From: the human T2T-CHM13v2.0 reference genome, Homo sapiens
Assembly: GCA_009914755.4 (NCBI GenBank)
Contig: CP086569.2
Location: 23,840,001 to 23,904,000, forward strand
Length of the DNA stretch: 64,000 nucleotides
Direction of reading: 5' to 3'
Positions 1 to 14,204 of this stretch are shown here, piece by piece (positions within the stretch are counted from its first letter, which is position 1; the number at the start of each line of letters is the position of its first letter). Made by a program: the position numbers and the translations under genes. The notes under the pieces are model-generated. The model was given only the letters and a program-made list of their open reading frames with translations. It had not been told where the DNA came from and did not search any database.

Positions 1-3000
1 ACAGTACAAAGATGGAATTGTGACTCTCATTTGTGGATTTTGCCACAGGTGCAACCATCACTCATTTTTAGACCCAGCTCACAGGCATAAAAATAAGCCT
101 CATTCCTGAACTAAGCATAAATGAGAGATACTGACTCTCATATCTGGGTTTAAGGCAATATATAATATTCAGAGTCAAAATGAGCATGTGGACCTCAGAG
201 TAGTTTGTGAATCTCACGCATGTTGTATAAAACTCTCAGATGTTCTAGAGGATGTCATACAATGGCCCAGCACACACGTGACAATGTGACTTACATACAT
301 ATGAGTTAACAGTTAAAGGTGTCACCCTAAAAGATGAGGAGATATTGTCATATCATTGGGCCTAGTACCCAGGTGTAAAAACTGCTTTGTTTCCCATGTG
401 TGCATTGTGACATATCGTTGGGTCAGAATCACAATAATGTGACTTTTTACTACTTGATCCTGCCAAGTAGGGATATTGTCACATATATCTGAGCCTATTT
501 CTTGGGTGATTTGTCTATTTTGCTTCTGCTTTTTCACCAAAGAACATTGTGACATCATCGGTGATAACATCTAGGAAATGTGATTCTTCTCTCCTGCCTA
601 GGTCCTGCCCACTAAAAGAATTGTGACATAACGCTGACTGCAAAAACTGGGTAATGCAACTCTCCTCTTTATTCTGGAGTCTGCCAAAACAAGGGATTAT
701 CACATATTGCGGAGTCCAGCACCCAGGTGATGTGAGTCTTCTCTGTTTCTCTAAGATTATAATGTATCCTGAGCTCACCATCCAGGTGATGAGACTCTCC
801 TGCTCTGTTTCTGCCCGCAGGTAAAATTTTGTCATATACCCAGCTTCAGATACCATGCAATAATACAACTATCATACCTGGACCCAAAGAGGAGAGATAT
901 TTTGATTCTCATTGCCATTCTTATGGCCACAAGCAAAGTAATGGTTCTCATAGTGGTATAAAGTTCACACAGTATTATGACACTCCCAGCGTATCATAGA
1001 AAATGTGAGTAGTACAATGAGTGTTATAACAGGGAACAGCAAACCAATGCTATTGTGATTATTGGATTCACACCCAGCTGACGCGACTATCATTCTCTCA
1101 CAAGAACAGAACCTGCAAATAAAGTACTAAATCTCACCAAAAGAGCAGTAAAAGATTGAAATTGTTCCTCTCATATGTGGATCTGACTCACAGGTGGTTT
1201 GGGGTTGCATGGTTCAGCACATCTGTGAGGCTGGGACTCTCCCCCTGGAATGCAGTTATCAAGTGGGATTGCCATCTTCTACATGGATTATGCCCATTGT
1301 TTAGATTGTGTCTCCTCTGTTTCGACCCAACTCACAGAAGGTGTTGACTTTCATACATAAAGCCAGGACTTGTGTGGGGCTGTGAAACTTACTTCAGAAT
1401 ATTTCCTGGTGTATGATTAGGACTTAAAAGTTAGCCCAGGTCCTGAGTAATTTGACTCTCCTTTTTAGGCCATAACCCGAGATGAAATTGTGACATATGT
1501 GGACCAAAAACCTAAGCAAAGGTGCCTGGGCCTGCCTACAAATGTCACTTTTACATATCACTGGGATGAGCAGCCAGGAGATGTGTATTATTTGCTTGAT
1601 TCCTGCCTATATAAAGCATTGTGGCTTTTATCTAGGTCCATCATGTAAGTGACGTGACTCACTTCCACTGCCTTTGCCCTGTAATTATGGTGCATTGTGA
1701 CACATAACTGGATAGTACACTCAGAAAATGTGACACTCCATTCTGGGTTCTACAAACAGAAAGCTTTGTAACATATCACTTGGCTTAGCACTTAGGTGAT
1801 GTTTCTACTCTCCTACCTCACCCTGACCACAGGGGAGATTGTGACATATTGATAAACCCACCTCCAAGGTGAGGTCATTTTCATACTTTGGTTTTGCACC
1901 TAGTGGCCATTGTGACATATATCTAGGCCAATTGCCTAGATGTAGGTAAAGTGATTCTCCTCACCTTCTTAAGCCCTGCCCAACAGAAGAAATTTTGACA
2001 TATCACTGAAACCAGCTTCCAGGTGATATGCCTCTTCTTCCAGGGTCCTGGCCACAAGAAAGATTGTGACATCTCACTGGACCAGCACCCTCACAAGTGA
2101 TGTGACATTTCTGCTTGCTCTCTGTCCATAGACGATATCATGCCATATACTTGAGAGCAAACAAGAGGACTAATCATGACTGTTAGACCTGAAGCCAGGT
2201 CACATCAAAGATGGTGACTCCCATTGCTGAAACTTTCCACCAGTGTTATTGTGACATAGTCTATTTCCCATCTCTTGAGTGACTTAATCATCTTGCCTAA
2301 ATGTTGCCCACAAATGAGATTTGGACATATTACTCAGCTGAGCACCTTGGCAATTTGACTCTCCTGTCTTAAGAATATCCTCAGGAAGGATTGTAACATG
2401 GCTTTGGACCCCTCGTCTAGTTGTCTTACTCTCCTCTGCTGTCTGAACCCTCCTTCCACTGGGGATTCCAGCATCTCTAATCATGCCATCCAAATGATAT
2501 GACTCCATTTCCTGGTCCCTTCAACACGAGACATTGCGGCATATCTCTGGTCCTAGCATTTAGGTGATATGAGTCTCTTCTTCTGTCTGGAAACTGCCCA
2601 CAGGAGCATTGTGCCATATATCTGGGTGTAACCCCCAGTTTATGCAACTTTACTGCCAGGAGTATGCCTACAAGGAGAATATTAGAACATTTCTGGCTCA
2701 GCATTTAGTGTACTTGGCTGTCGTGCCTATTTCATAAGCCACAATATAAATTGTTACATATACCTAGGTACAACTTAGAGACATGATAATGACCCTCATA
2801 TGTGGACCCCGTAAATACGGTTAATTCTGAGTCTCATAACTTGCTTCAGAAACATGAGAGATTAAATCACTTTCTGGTAAAAAAGAAGACAAGGAAGGTT
2901 ATAAGAGCCTCAGATGTTTTATAAACACCTTGGCCCATACAGAGAGTTTTATAACAGAACCCAAGAGAAAGGTGAAACTGTGAGTCTTATATGTGCACTC

Positions 3001-6000
3001 AGCTGACAGCAAGTACTGTCACCGTCTCACATATATGATGCCAACTGTCAATCATGAAAACAGGACATGTGTGGTATTATAAATCTCATCCTCAGAATTT
3101 TCTGCCAGTGTGAGTGATATAAATCTTCGCCAAGCACCTGTGTGATTTTGTTCTCCAGACTTGTTCCAGTCCACATATGTTATTGTGATACCTACCTGGG
3201 CCAAACTTTAGGTGATGTGATGCTCCTGCCTCGGCCCTGCTGTCATTAAGAATCATGACATATCACTAGATCCAGCACCCAGGTCATGTTACATTTTTGC
3301 CTAAGCCATGCATAGAGAAATCACTGGGCCATACCACTGTGTCAACAACTTAGGCAACACAACTCTCCTTATTAGAATGGGCACAGCACTCAGTGGGTGA
3401 TAGTGACATGTGGCTGGGCCAGGCACAGAGGTGACAGGACTATTTTGCTAGTACCATGTCCTAAAGAGGGCATTGTGACAAATCTCTTGGCCTATCCTAG
3501 GTGATACTGCACTCCTGCTTGGGTACTGCTTACCTGGATAACAACATAATGCACAGAGGTGATGGTACTTTCTTGCTAGGGCCATGTCCTAAAGAGGTCA
3601 CTGTGACAAATCTCTGGGCCTATCAGCTAGATGATGTTGCTCTCCTGCTTGGGTCCTGCTTACCTGGATAGTGGACATATTGCTAGGCTACGCACATGGG
3701 TGATGGTACTCTTTCACCAGGGCCATGACTCAAGGAGGACATTGTGACATATCTCTCGGCCAGTCCCCTAGGTGATGTGACTCCCTGCTTCTGTCTTGCC
3801 CACATGGAGCATTGTGATATTTTTTTGTACTTATTTTTTGTAACTCTCTTTTCTGTGTCCTGTCTTAAGGAAGTCTTGTGACATATCTTAGGACCCAGCA
3901 TCAAGGTGATGTGACTCTTCTGCCTGGCTTCACCTCACATGTTAGATTGTGTCATATACCTAGGAAGCACCTAGGTGATATGACTCTTCTCTTCTGCATG
4001 AGTCCTGCCTACTTGGGACATTGGGCCATATATCTGAGCCTGTGTCTTAAGTGATGTGAATCTTTTTTTCTGCAAGAGCCTTTAGAATGGGGTGATGTGA
4101 TATACTGCTAGGCCCAATACTTAGGTAAATTGACTCCTTTTTTCCTGAACTATGCCCATGAAAAGGAACTTTGATGTATCACTGATCCCAGCATGAAGAT
4201 GACAGTTCTCTTGTTACTAGGTCCAGCATAAAGAGAGAATTATGGCATATTGCTGGGGCCCCCACCCTGATGATGTAACTCTTTTGCCTGTGCTAGAATA
4301 ACAAAGTATTTTTACATACCATGGGCCTATTCTGTAGGTAATCTTGTTCTCATCATTAGTATGCATTTCTTTTTCCTACATATTCTACATTTGGGTTTAT
4401 GTCTTATTGCTGAGTCCAGCACCCAGTTATCATAACCCCAATTTCTAGACCTGCATTGAGAGGGCCTTGTGATATATTGCTTGGCACAGCACCTAAGTAT
4501 GCTACCTTTCTGAAAAGTTTTTTTTTTTTTCTACAAATGGTATGAAATTTACATTCCTTCAATTCAGACGCATTATGATCAAGCTGAAATTGAAATTTCA
4601 CCAATAGTAGATGTTTTGCCTTTCATGGCTACACTTAGAACAATAGGTAAGGTTATGAGTTGCAAATTTGTACAAAGTTCACAGAAGGTTACAACAGTAA
4701 CACATAATCTATAAACTCCTTGGTTGGTACACAGAGTTTTATAACAGGGCCCAGTAAAAGTTAAGGTTTTGACTCTTGATTACACATGCAGGTGAGAGAA
4801 AAAGTTGTCAAAATCCCACATTTACAAAGCCCACTGTTGAAGTCCTGAGTCTAACAAGTAAATAAAGTACAAAGATGGAATTGTGACTTTCATATATGGA
4901 TCTTGCTACAGGTGAGATGGTAACTCACTTCTGGACCCACATCAGGGGCATAATAATGTGTCTTCTGTCTGAATCTAGCCTATAAGAGGAATGTTGCCTA
5001 TCATAACTGAGTTTAAAGCAGTATGTAAGATTGTGAGTCAATAGGAGCATGTAGGCCTCAGAATGGATTGCAACTCTCATGCATGTTGCTTAAAGCCTTT
5101 GTATGTTGTAGATTGTGTCATAGGATCACCCAGAATACACATGAGATTGTGACTCCTATATACTCACCAAACAGTCAAAGTTGTCACCCTAATAGATGAA
5201 GAGATTGTGCCATATCACGAGGCCTAGTACCTCTAGGTGTTGAGAATTTTAGGCTTAAATTCTTTTCCATGGTTGCATTGTAAAACATCCCTTGCTTAGA
5301 ATCATAATAGTTTAACCCTCTGCTTGGACCCTGACAACAGGGGATATGATCACATGTCTTTAGGCCTATCAGCTAAGTGGTGTGTCTCTCCTGCCAGTGC
5401 CCTGCCCACAAAGGACACTGTGACATATCACTAGATAAAGCATCTAGGTAATGTGAATCTCCTCTCCTGCTGAATCCTGCCCACTGAAGAAATTGTGACA
5501 TACCACTGAGTGAAAAACCTAGGTGATGTGACTCTCCCCTTTGTCCTGGGCTCTGCCAAGAGAGTCCGAGAAGATGTGCTGAGCCCAGTCCTTAGAGAAT
5601 TTGACTATCCACTTTTTTTAATCCCTGTATTCAGTAGGCATGATGACATATTATTTGAGAGTGTACCCAGGTGATATGATTCTTCTGACTGAGTCCTGCC
5701 TACAGTGCAGAATAAAATGTATCCCTGGATCAGAATCCAGATGATGAGACTCTTCTGTCTTGTCTCTGTCCAAAGGTGAATTTGGGACATATACCTGGAT
5801 TCAGCTCACATGCACAATAATAACTCTATGGCCATGGGTAGAGTTCTATATTACCCACCTCTAAGAATACACAGAAAAGTATCCCACTCAGGCATATCGT
5901 ATAAAGCCTGAGTGGTACAAAGAGTGTCATAACAGGCACCCAAAACCAGGTGGTATTGTGACTCTTGAATGCACACCAAGCTGACACAATTGTTATTCTC

Positions 6001-9000
6001 ACACATGAACAGAGCCTACCAATGCAGTGCTAAATCTCACACACATAAGACTTGAAACTGTTACACTTGTACGTGAATCTGATCCACAGGTGTTTGATGG
6101 CATTGGAACCATGATTAAGTAGAACTGTGGTGCTGTGTCTCTCTTATTAGAACACAGTCTTCGGGTGGGATTGGGGCTCTTACACATGGATCTTCCCATT
6201 GCTGAGATTGTGACTCCTGTACTACAACCCAACTCGTAGAATGTGTTGATTCGCATACTCAAAGCTCGGACTTGAGTGAACTGAAAATTATTTCTGAACC
6301 TTCTTGAAAGTATGATTGGGTCATGCAACCCTTCCCAGCATATGAGTAATTTGATGCACATTTCTAGGCCCAGACCACAGATGAAATTTTGCCATATGCG
6401 GAACAAGCCCCTAATCAATATATAACATCATCCTTGTCTCTGCCTATAAGGGGCACTTTTATATATCACTGGGACCGTCACCCAGGTGATGTGATTTACC
6501 TGCCTGAAAACTGCCTAAAAAGAGAATTGTGTCTTACATTTAGGTCCATCACATAAGTGATGTCACTCTCTTCTACTGTCTTGGCCCTGCAGTTACAGAG
6601 CACTGTGACACATAACAGGCTACTGCACCCAGGAGATGTGATTTTTTGGGGGGTTCTGCCAACATAGTAACATACCACTTGGCTCAGCACCTGGGTGATG
6701 TTTCTTCACTTTTCATTGTGTCCTGACCACAGGGAGCTTGGGACATATTCCTGGGTACAGCACCAAGGTGAGGGCACTCTTTAGCCTTCTTACTGCAGTT
6801 AATGGTCATTGTGACATAATCTAGGCCAATTTCCTAGATGAAGTGAGTCTTCTCTCATGCCAAAGTCCTTCCCACAGAGGGCTTTTTAAAAATATATCAC
6901 TGAAACCAGCATCCAAGTGATCTGACAATTCTGCAAGGGTTTTGCCCACCAGGTGGATTGCAACATCTCACTGGACCTGCACCCATGTAGGTGATGTGAG
7001 TTTCTTGCCTTCTTTCTGGCCACAGGTGATATTGTGTCATATACCTGAGACCAAAACAAAAGCCTAATAACAACTCATATGTTTGGAGCCAGGACATGTG
7101 CAGGATGGTGACTGTAATTCCTAAATCTTTCCACAAGTGAAATTGTGACACATACCTTTGTCCAGCTCCAGAGAGATTTAATAATTCTTCCTAGGTATAG
7201 CCCACAAATCAGATTTTGACAAATACCTGGCCAAGTAACTTGATGATTTTACCGTGCTATTTTAACAATGGCCTCAGGAGGGATTGTATCATATTTCTGA
7301 ACACATCATCTAGGTTACATGATTCTCCTCTCCTGCCTGTACCCTGCTTACTTTGGTAATTGTAGCATTTCTAAACACTGCATCTAAATGATACGACTCT
7401 CTTTCCTGGGCCCTGTCAACAGGAGGCATTTTGACATATTTTGGGGCCTATCATTTAGGTGATATTACTCTCCTCTTCTTCCTGGACACTACCCACAAGG
7501 GACATTGTGCCACAGAGCTGGACCCAGCACACAAGTCATGTGGCATTTCTGACAGGACCCTGTCTACAAAGATAATATTGAAATATTTCAGGCCCAGAAT
7601 TTAGGTGATGAGGCTGTTCTGCCTGCTTCATAACCACTCATGGAATTGTAACATATACCTACGCAAGGCTCGCAGGAATGATAACGACTCTTAGATGTGA
7701 ACTCAGCAAATAGAGAATATTTAGGCTCTTATAACTAGGTGTAGGGACATGTGTGATATCATGGATCACATTCTTGTACAAACATCACAAAAGATTACAA
7801 CATTGACACATACTTTTATAGAGTCTTTGGGTTATACAAGCAGAACCAATGTAGCACTCAGCACACAGGTGAAATTGTGAGTCCTGTATGCAAACCCAGC
7901 TGACAGAAATAACTGTCATCATCCCACATGGTTGCAGCCAACTGTCACACGTAAAAACAGGACATGTGTGGTATCATAAAACTCACCTTTGACATTTTCT
8001 GACAGTGTGATTGTGATATACATATTTGCCAAGCACCTGTGTAGTTGGACTTTCCAGAATGGTCCCAGTTTATATATGAAATTGTGATATCTAGCTGGGT
8101 CAGCCTCAAGGGGATATGACTGCCATGCCTGGGCTCTTCTCTCAGTAAGTGTTGTGACAGATCACTGGATCTAGCAGCCAGGTGATGTTACATTCTTGCC
8201 TGTGCCATGTCCACAAAAATTACTGTGACATATTCCTGTGTCCACCTCATAGGTGATGTAACTCTCTTCTTTGGAATGGGCCCTGCCCGAAGGAAGGATA
8301 GTGACATATTGCAATGCCAGTCACACAGGTGAGGGTATTCTTTTGCCAGAGCCATGCTGAAAGTAGGGCACTGTGACATATCTCTAGGCCTGTCACCTAA
8401 GTTATGTGGCTCTCCGGCTTGGGCCCTGCCAACCTGGAGAGTGACATATTTCTAGGCCAGGCACACAGGTGAGGGTACTCTTTAGCCAGGGCTGTGCTTC
8501 ATAGAGGACACTGTGACACGTCTCTTCAGCTATCACCTGGTTGAAGTGACTCCCTCTCTGGGATCTACTCACATGGAGCATTGTGGAATAAGCAGAGAAT
8601 TTGTACCTCATTTATGTAACTCCCTTTCCTGGATGATATCCTAAGACAGCCTTGTGACATATCTCAGGACCCAGCACCCAAGGGACGTGGCTCCTCTACC
8701 TTGTTTCTGCTTACATGTTACATTATGCATATTTGAAGGGAAGCACCCAGGTGATATGACTTTCCTCGTCTCAATGAGCCCTGCCTACTGGAAACATTTG
8801 GACATATTTCTGAGCCCATGATCTAAAAATGTGACTCTATTTTTCTGCCTGGGGCTTCACATTAAGAGGATTTTGGCACATTGCTGATCCCAGCACGCAG
8901 AATATGTGACTCTCCTCTTGTTCCCGAGCCATGCCCACAAAAAAAGAATTTGGACCTATTGCAGGGCCCAGCATCCCGATGATGTTACTCACCTGCCTGG

Positions 9001-10340
9001 GTTTTGCACAAAGAAGAAACTATGGCATATTGCATATTGATAAGCCCAGCATCCTTATGATGTGACTCTCCGGCCTGTGTTGGAGCCACTGAAGGTATTT
9101 TGACATATCTTCAGCCCATAATGCAGATGTTTTGGCTCTCCTAACTTGGCTGGGTATTTTCTACATGTGAGATGTTGTCATATTGCTGGCTCCAGCACCC
9201 GGTTATTGTGACCTAATATCCCCTATACCCTGCCTGAAGAAGGCAATTTGACATATTGCCTGGCACACCATATAAGTGATGTTTCCCTCCTGCATACTTA
9301 TTTGGCCACATATGGGATTATGACATATATCTTGCTTTTAGTTCACAGGCATGATGATCAAACTTATTTTGGGATTCAGCCAATAGGAGATATTTTACCT
9401 CTCATCATTAGGCTTAGGGCAATAGGTAAGTTCCTGGGTTACATATTTCTACCAAGGTCATAGAAGCTTAACACTGAGTTATATTTTTTCAAACTCTTTG
9501 GTGGTAGAATGTTTCATAACAGGGCCCAGCAAAAAGTTCAGATTGAGACTCCTGGTTACACACCCAGGTGAAATCAAAAGTTGTCATCATCCAACGTTTA
9601 CAATGTCCAAGGTTGAGGTCCTGAGTCTAACAGGGAATACAGCACAAAGTTGGAGGTTTGACTTTTATATGTTAATCTGACAAAAGTTGGGATGGTGACT
9701 CATTTCTGGACCCAGCCCACTGGCATAATAATGGGTCTTCCTCCCTAACCCTGCCTATAGGGAGATGATGACTATCAAACCTGAGTTTAGGGCCATATGT
9801 AAGATTGTGAGTCCATAGGAGCATGTAGTCCTCAGAGAGCTTTGCAATTCTTATGCAGGTTTATAAAACCCTCAGCTCCTGTAGACAGTGTTGTATATTG
9901 GCCCAGCACACATGTGAAATTGTGACGCTAATATACATATTCAGGTAAAAGTTAAAACTGTCACTCTCAAAGATGAGGAGATTGTGTCATACGACTGGAC
10001 ATAGTATGCAGGTGTTGAGACTTTTTGGCTCATATTCCTTTCCATGGGTTTATTGTTACATGTCAATGGGACAGAATCATAATAACTTGACTCTTCTGCC
10101 TGGGCCCTGTCAACAGGGGATATTATTACATATTTCTGGTCTTTTCGGCTAGGTGATGTGTCTCTCCAGCCTCTGTCCCGCACCCAGAGGACATTTTGAA
10201 ATATCACTCTGCTCTCCTGCCTGGGTCTTGCTTATTGAAATGTAACTCCGCTCTCTTGCCTGGGTCTTGCTTATTGAAGGAATTGCGACATATGGCTGAA
10301 TGCAAAACCTAGGTGATGTCTCTCCTGTCTATTCAAGAGT
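1..10340. repeat. Tandem satellite array with a monomer of about 68 bp, beta-satellite-like. It shows a superimposed higher-order repeat of about 4.8 kb. This is block 1.
   Basis: The same two motifs recur continuously every 65-70 bp: (a/c)attgtgacatat...ctgg and cccaggtgatgt(g/a)actct(c/t)ct. Longer diverged landmark segments recur with a spacing of about 4.77-4.86 kb. Landmark A (acagtacaaagatggaattgtgac...) is at 1, 4,864 and 9,638. Landmark B is at about 1,030 and 5,940. Landmark C is at about 2,740 and 7,640. Landmark D is at about 4,560 and 9,340. The beta-satellite assignment rests on the monomer size and on my memory of the consensus, so I hold it at about 0.65. That it is a tandem satellite is certain. 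Confidence 0.8.
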
Positions 10341-12085
10341 TTATATCTGTGCTGAATTTTGTTTCATGACTTTGGTGTTCTACCATTATACCGGCAGCAC
10401 AATCCTTTGATTAATGTAGGTTTGCTTTGTGTTTGGAAATTGTTATGTGTAATGCTTCCTATATATATTTTTAAGATTGTCAGGCTTTTCATGGTTTATT
10501 GGAATCTCAAGTAATTTTGTGGAGTTTTGTCTATTTTTGGAAAAGTAAAATTAAAAATTGAAAAGGAGTGTGTTGCCGGTGTGCTTCACTTTAAGCAGTA
10601 TGGACATCTTCATAATATTTTATCTTCCAACCCTTGAAAAACAGCATGCTTAAAAGTGCGTTGTTTTCTGGGCATGGTAGCTCATACCTCTAATCCCAGA
10701 ACTTTTGGAGGCCAAGTAGGGCTTGAACCAAGGAGGTGGAGATTGCAGTGGAGCTGAGATTGTGCCACTGGACTCCAACCTAGCTCCGGAGTGCCAGAGT
10801 GAGAGTCCATCTCAAAAGAAAAAAAAAAAAAAACTGTGTTGCTTAATTTTTATATTTTTGGAGTTTTTCTGCTTTTCTTTTGTTACTAAATTCTAGTTCC
10901 ATTCCGTCTGGGCTATAAATAATTTTCTGTAAAATTTCAACTGAAAAATAATTAAGACTTCTTTTGTGGTGTCACATGTGGTCCATCTAGGAAAATGTTT
11001 TATGTGCTATTGAAAAGAAAGTCTATTCTGTTGTCTCTATACATTTCTTAGGTGTAGTTGTTGTACAGTACATTCAAGTTTTTGTTCCCTCATTGATATT
11101 CTGTCTTGCTTTATTTATTACTGAAAGTGGGGTATTGATATATACTTCCACTATCTCATTGCTGCCTGCCTATTTTTGATTCAATTCTGTCAATGTTTGA
11201 TTTATGTGTTTGGAATAACTGTCCTGCATTTATAGGTTCTCAGTGAATGAACCCTCTTACTGCATTTGAATGTCCTACTTTGTCCCTTGTGAATTTTAAC
11301 ATAAAATAAATTATATAAATATAACAGTTTTCAACTTAATAAATTGTTACCTCTTCTCCTCTCATTTGATTAACACTTGCATGGAATGTATTTTTATACT
11401 GCCATTTTCAGTCTAATTTTTATTAGATCTGAAATGAGTCTCTTAAAGGCATGACATAGTTACATCCTGATATAGACTACAACATAGCCACATTTTTTTT
11501 TTTCATTTGGAAAGATAATTTTGCAGGCTATAGTATTCTTTATTAGGCTATTTATTTCAGTGTTTTAACTATGTCATCTTATTCCCTTCATGCCCAAAAG
11601 ATTGACATTCATAAATTTACTGGTAATCTTGCAGAAGCATACATATGAATAACACATCTATTTTTTATTTCTGAATTCCAGATTCTCTTCTTTTCTCTGA
11701 CTTTCAAAACATTGCTTATGTTTTGTCTTGTTAGAAATCTCTTTGTGTTAACCTTAGTTGAAATTGTCTGAGCTTCTTGAGTTTCTTAAAATTTTTTACT
11801 GATGTTGAACTGCATATTAGTCTTTTTTTGTGCTTCTACTGCACAATTTTCATTCCTTTTTGTGACTTTTATCTTTTGTTGGTTTCATTTATTTATTTTT
11901 ATGTTTTTTTCTTTATTTCTATTTTACTGATTAAGCATCATTGACACGGTGATTTTCACTTTTTAGCACTTTTTTTTTTTCTTTTTAAAAATAGATCTAA
12001 ACTAACCCAAATCGCCTCTGGTAATTTTTATATTACCATTTATATCTCCATTTTTTATAACTGATTTCTGGATATTTCACCATGT
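10341..12085 (-). mobile_element. Old L1 (L1M/L1P-like) fragment in antisense. It spans the reverse-transcriptase and endonuclease part of ORF2 through the ORF1 3' region.
   Basis: The sequence lines up with the reverse complement of L1 ORF2. For example, gcagtatggacatcttcataatattttatcttccaacccttgaaaaacagcatg corresponds to L1 gcagtatggccattttcacgatattgattcttcctacccatgagcatggaatg, and gaatgaaccctcttactgcatttgaatgtcc corresponds to gaattgatccctttaccattatgtaatggcc. Divergence is heavy and there is no open frame. Confidence 0.7.
10668..10835 (+). mobile_element. Alu with an internal deletion: the start of the left arm is fused to the end of the right arm, followed by a poly-A tail.
   Basis: The sequence is ggcatggtagctcatacctctaatcccagaacttttggaggccaag, then gcttgaacc...gcagtggagctgagattgtgccactg...ctcaaaagaaaaaaaa. 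The paralogous site at 42,252-42,540 holds a full-length Alu. Confidence 0.7.
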
Positions 12086-12087
12086 TG

Positions 12088-12180
12088 ACCTGGCTGGTCT
12101 TGAACTTCTTACCTCAGCTGATCCACCCACCTCAGCCTCCCAAATAGCTAGAATTACAGGTGTGATCCAATACTCCCAGC
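12088..12180 (-). mobile_element. Alu fragment in antisense, truncated relative to its paralog.
   Basis: The sequence caccatgttgacctggctggtcttgaacttcttacctcagctgatccacccacctcagcctcccaaatagctagaattacaggtgtga is the reverse complement of an Alu right-arm to left-arm region. The paralog at 44,752-45,044 is full length. Confidence 0.75.
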
Positions 12181-12733
12181 CGTTCCCCATATTTCTCACT
12201 GAGATCCTGCAGTCAGCTGGATACCCATAGTCTGCCTATGATACTGAAGTCTTTCTTTTTTTGTAACAGTTATTTGTCTTTAGTCTCAGTCAAAGTATAC
12301 CATCTTTCCTTTCAACACTGTCTTGGAATATAGGAATTTGTCTTTGGTAAAAACTCAAAAAGCCAGAAGCATGGACATGTCACTGTTTTATTTATTTTTG
12401 AAGGGGTAAGACAGGAGTTGTCAGTCTCTACACTTTTCATAGGATAAAATATGTGTGTAGTGGGTAAATATGAAATACTTTTATTACACTCCTATGTGGT
12501 TCTTGGCATTTTGCTCACTTGGTGCTGCAAATGCTTAACTGAGTCTTGGACTTCTCACAAAGGCATTTTGGTAAGTATATTATGTTAAACTTATATGTTT
12601 ATAAAGGAATTAGGCCCTGTGGTATTTTATTGTCACCTTGTTAATGTGCTTTGTATAATTACACATTTGTCAAGTGTATTCACCTGAGTCGAATGAGGGA
12701 GAAATTTTGTCTTTTTTTGTTTGTTTGTTTCAG

Positions 12734-13540
<807 letters not shown>

Positions 13541-13987
13541 TACTTAACATCTTGGAGGGTCTCTAAGAACTTGGTTTATAATCTGTATGTTTCTGTATTG
13601 GGTGCATATATAGCACTTTACTCTTATGTAATGTTCTTTTTTGTCTTTTTAAAAAAATCTATGTTGACTTAAAAGTCTGTTTTGCTAGAAACTATAATCT
13701 CAACGGCTGCTTTTTTCCTGTTTTCTATTTGCTTGGTAGATTTTTCTTTTTCAATTTATTGTTATCTTATTTTAGATGGGTGTCTCAGTTACAGCATACC
13801 CTTGGATATTAACTCTGCATGCAATTTGCCACTCTGTTTTTTAACTGGGATATTTAGCCCATTTACATTTAAAGTTAGCATTTTTATGCGTGGATTTGAT
13901 TCTGTCCCTGTGATCTTAGCTGGCTAATTTTCACATTTATGTAGTTGCTTTATAGTGCCAGCTGTTTATGTACTTTAGTGGGTTTTT

Positions 13988-14042
13988 TGGGGGTTTGTTT
14001 TGTTTTGTTTTGTTTTTGTTTTGTTTTTATTTTGTTTGTAGT
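13988..14042. repeat. (GTTTT)n microsatellite inside the L1.
   Basis: The sequence is ggtttgttttgttttgttttgtttttgttttgtttttattttgtttg. Confidence 0.9.
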
Positions 14043-14204
14043 GACTTGTAATAGTCTCTTATTTACTGCTTTCTTCAGAAGCTCTTGTAAGGCCGGTCTT
14101 GTGGTAACAGAGTTCCTCAGCGTTGGCTTATCTGAATAGGATTATATTTATTTTTTACTTCTGTAGCTTGCTTTGGTAAGATATAGAATTCTTGTTGTGA
14201 GAAG

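Noticed and set aside
5999-6418. A 139-aa ORF on the minus strand inside the satellite, plus many 60-120 aa ORFs across 1-10,340 and 31,945-41,915.
   Set aside because: They lie entirely within tandem satellite monomers. They have no conservation between repeat units at the protein level, no start-site context and no splice signals. They are chance ORFs.
1-10340. The regularly spaced 68-bp repeats could be mistaken for a CRISPR-like array, or for an array of transcription-factor binding sites.
   Set aside because: There are no unique spacers. The units are contiguous, diverged copies of one another with a higher-order periodicity, and the surrounding sequence is primate retroelement DNA. This is a eukaryotic satellite.
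12181-12733. A search for KRAB-A/KRAB-B exons (LTFRDVAIEF..., ...KPDLITCLEQGKEPW...) upstream of the zinc-finger exon remnants and elsewhere in each unit.
   Set aside because: No such translations were found by eye in any frame of 12,181-12,733 / 45,045-45,594 or in the AT-rich 19,900-30,700 / 52,000-63,000 regions. Either they were lost or they lie beyond the window. I cannot exclude a diverged copy without a profile search.
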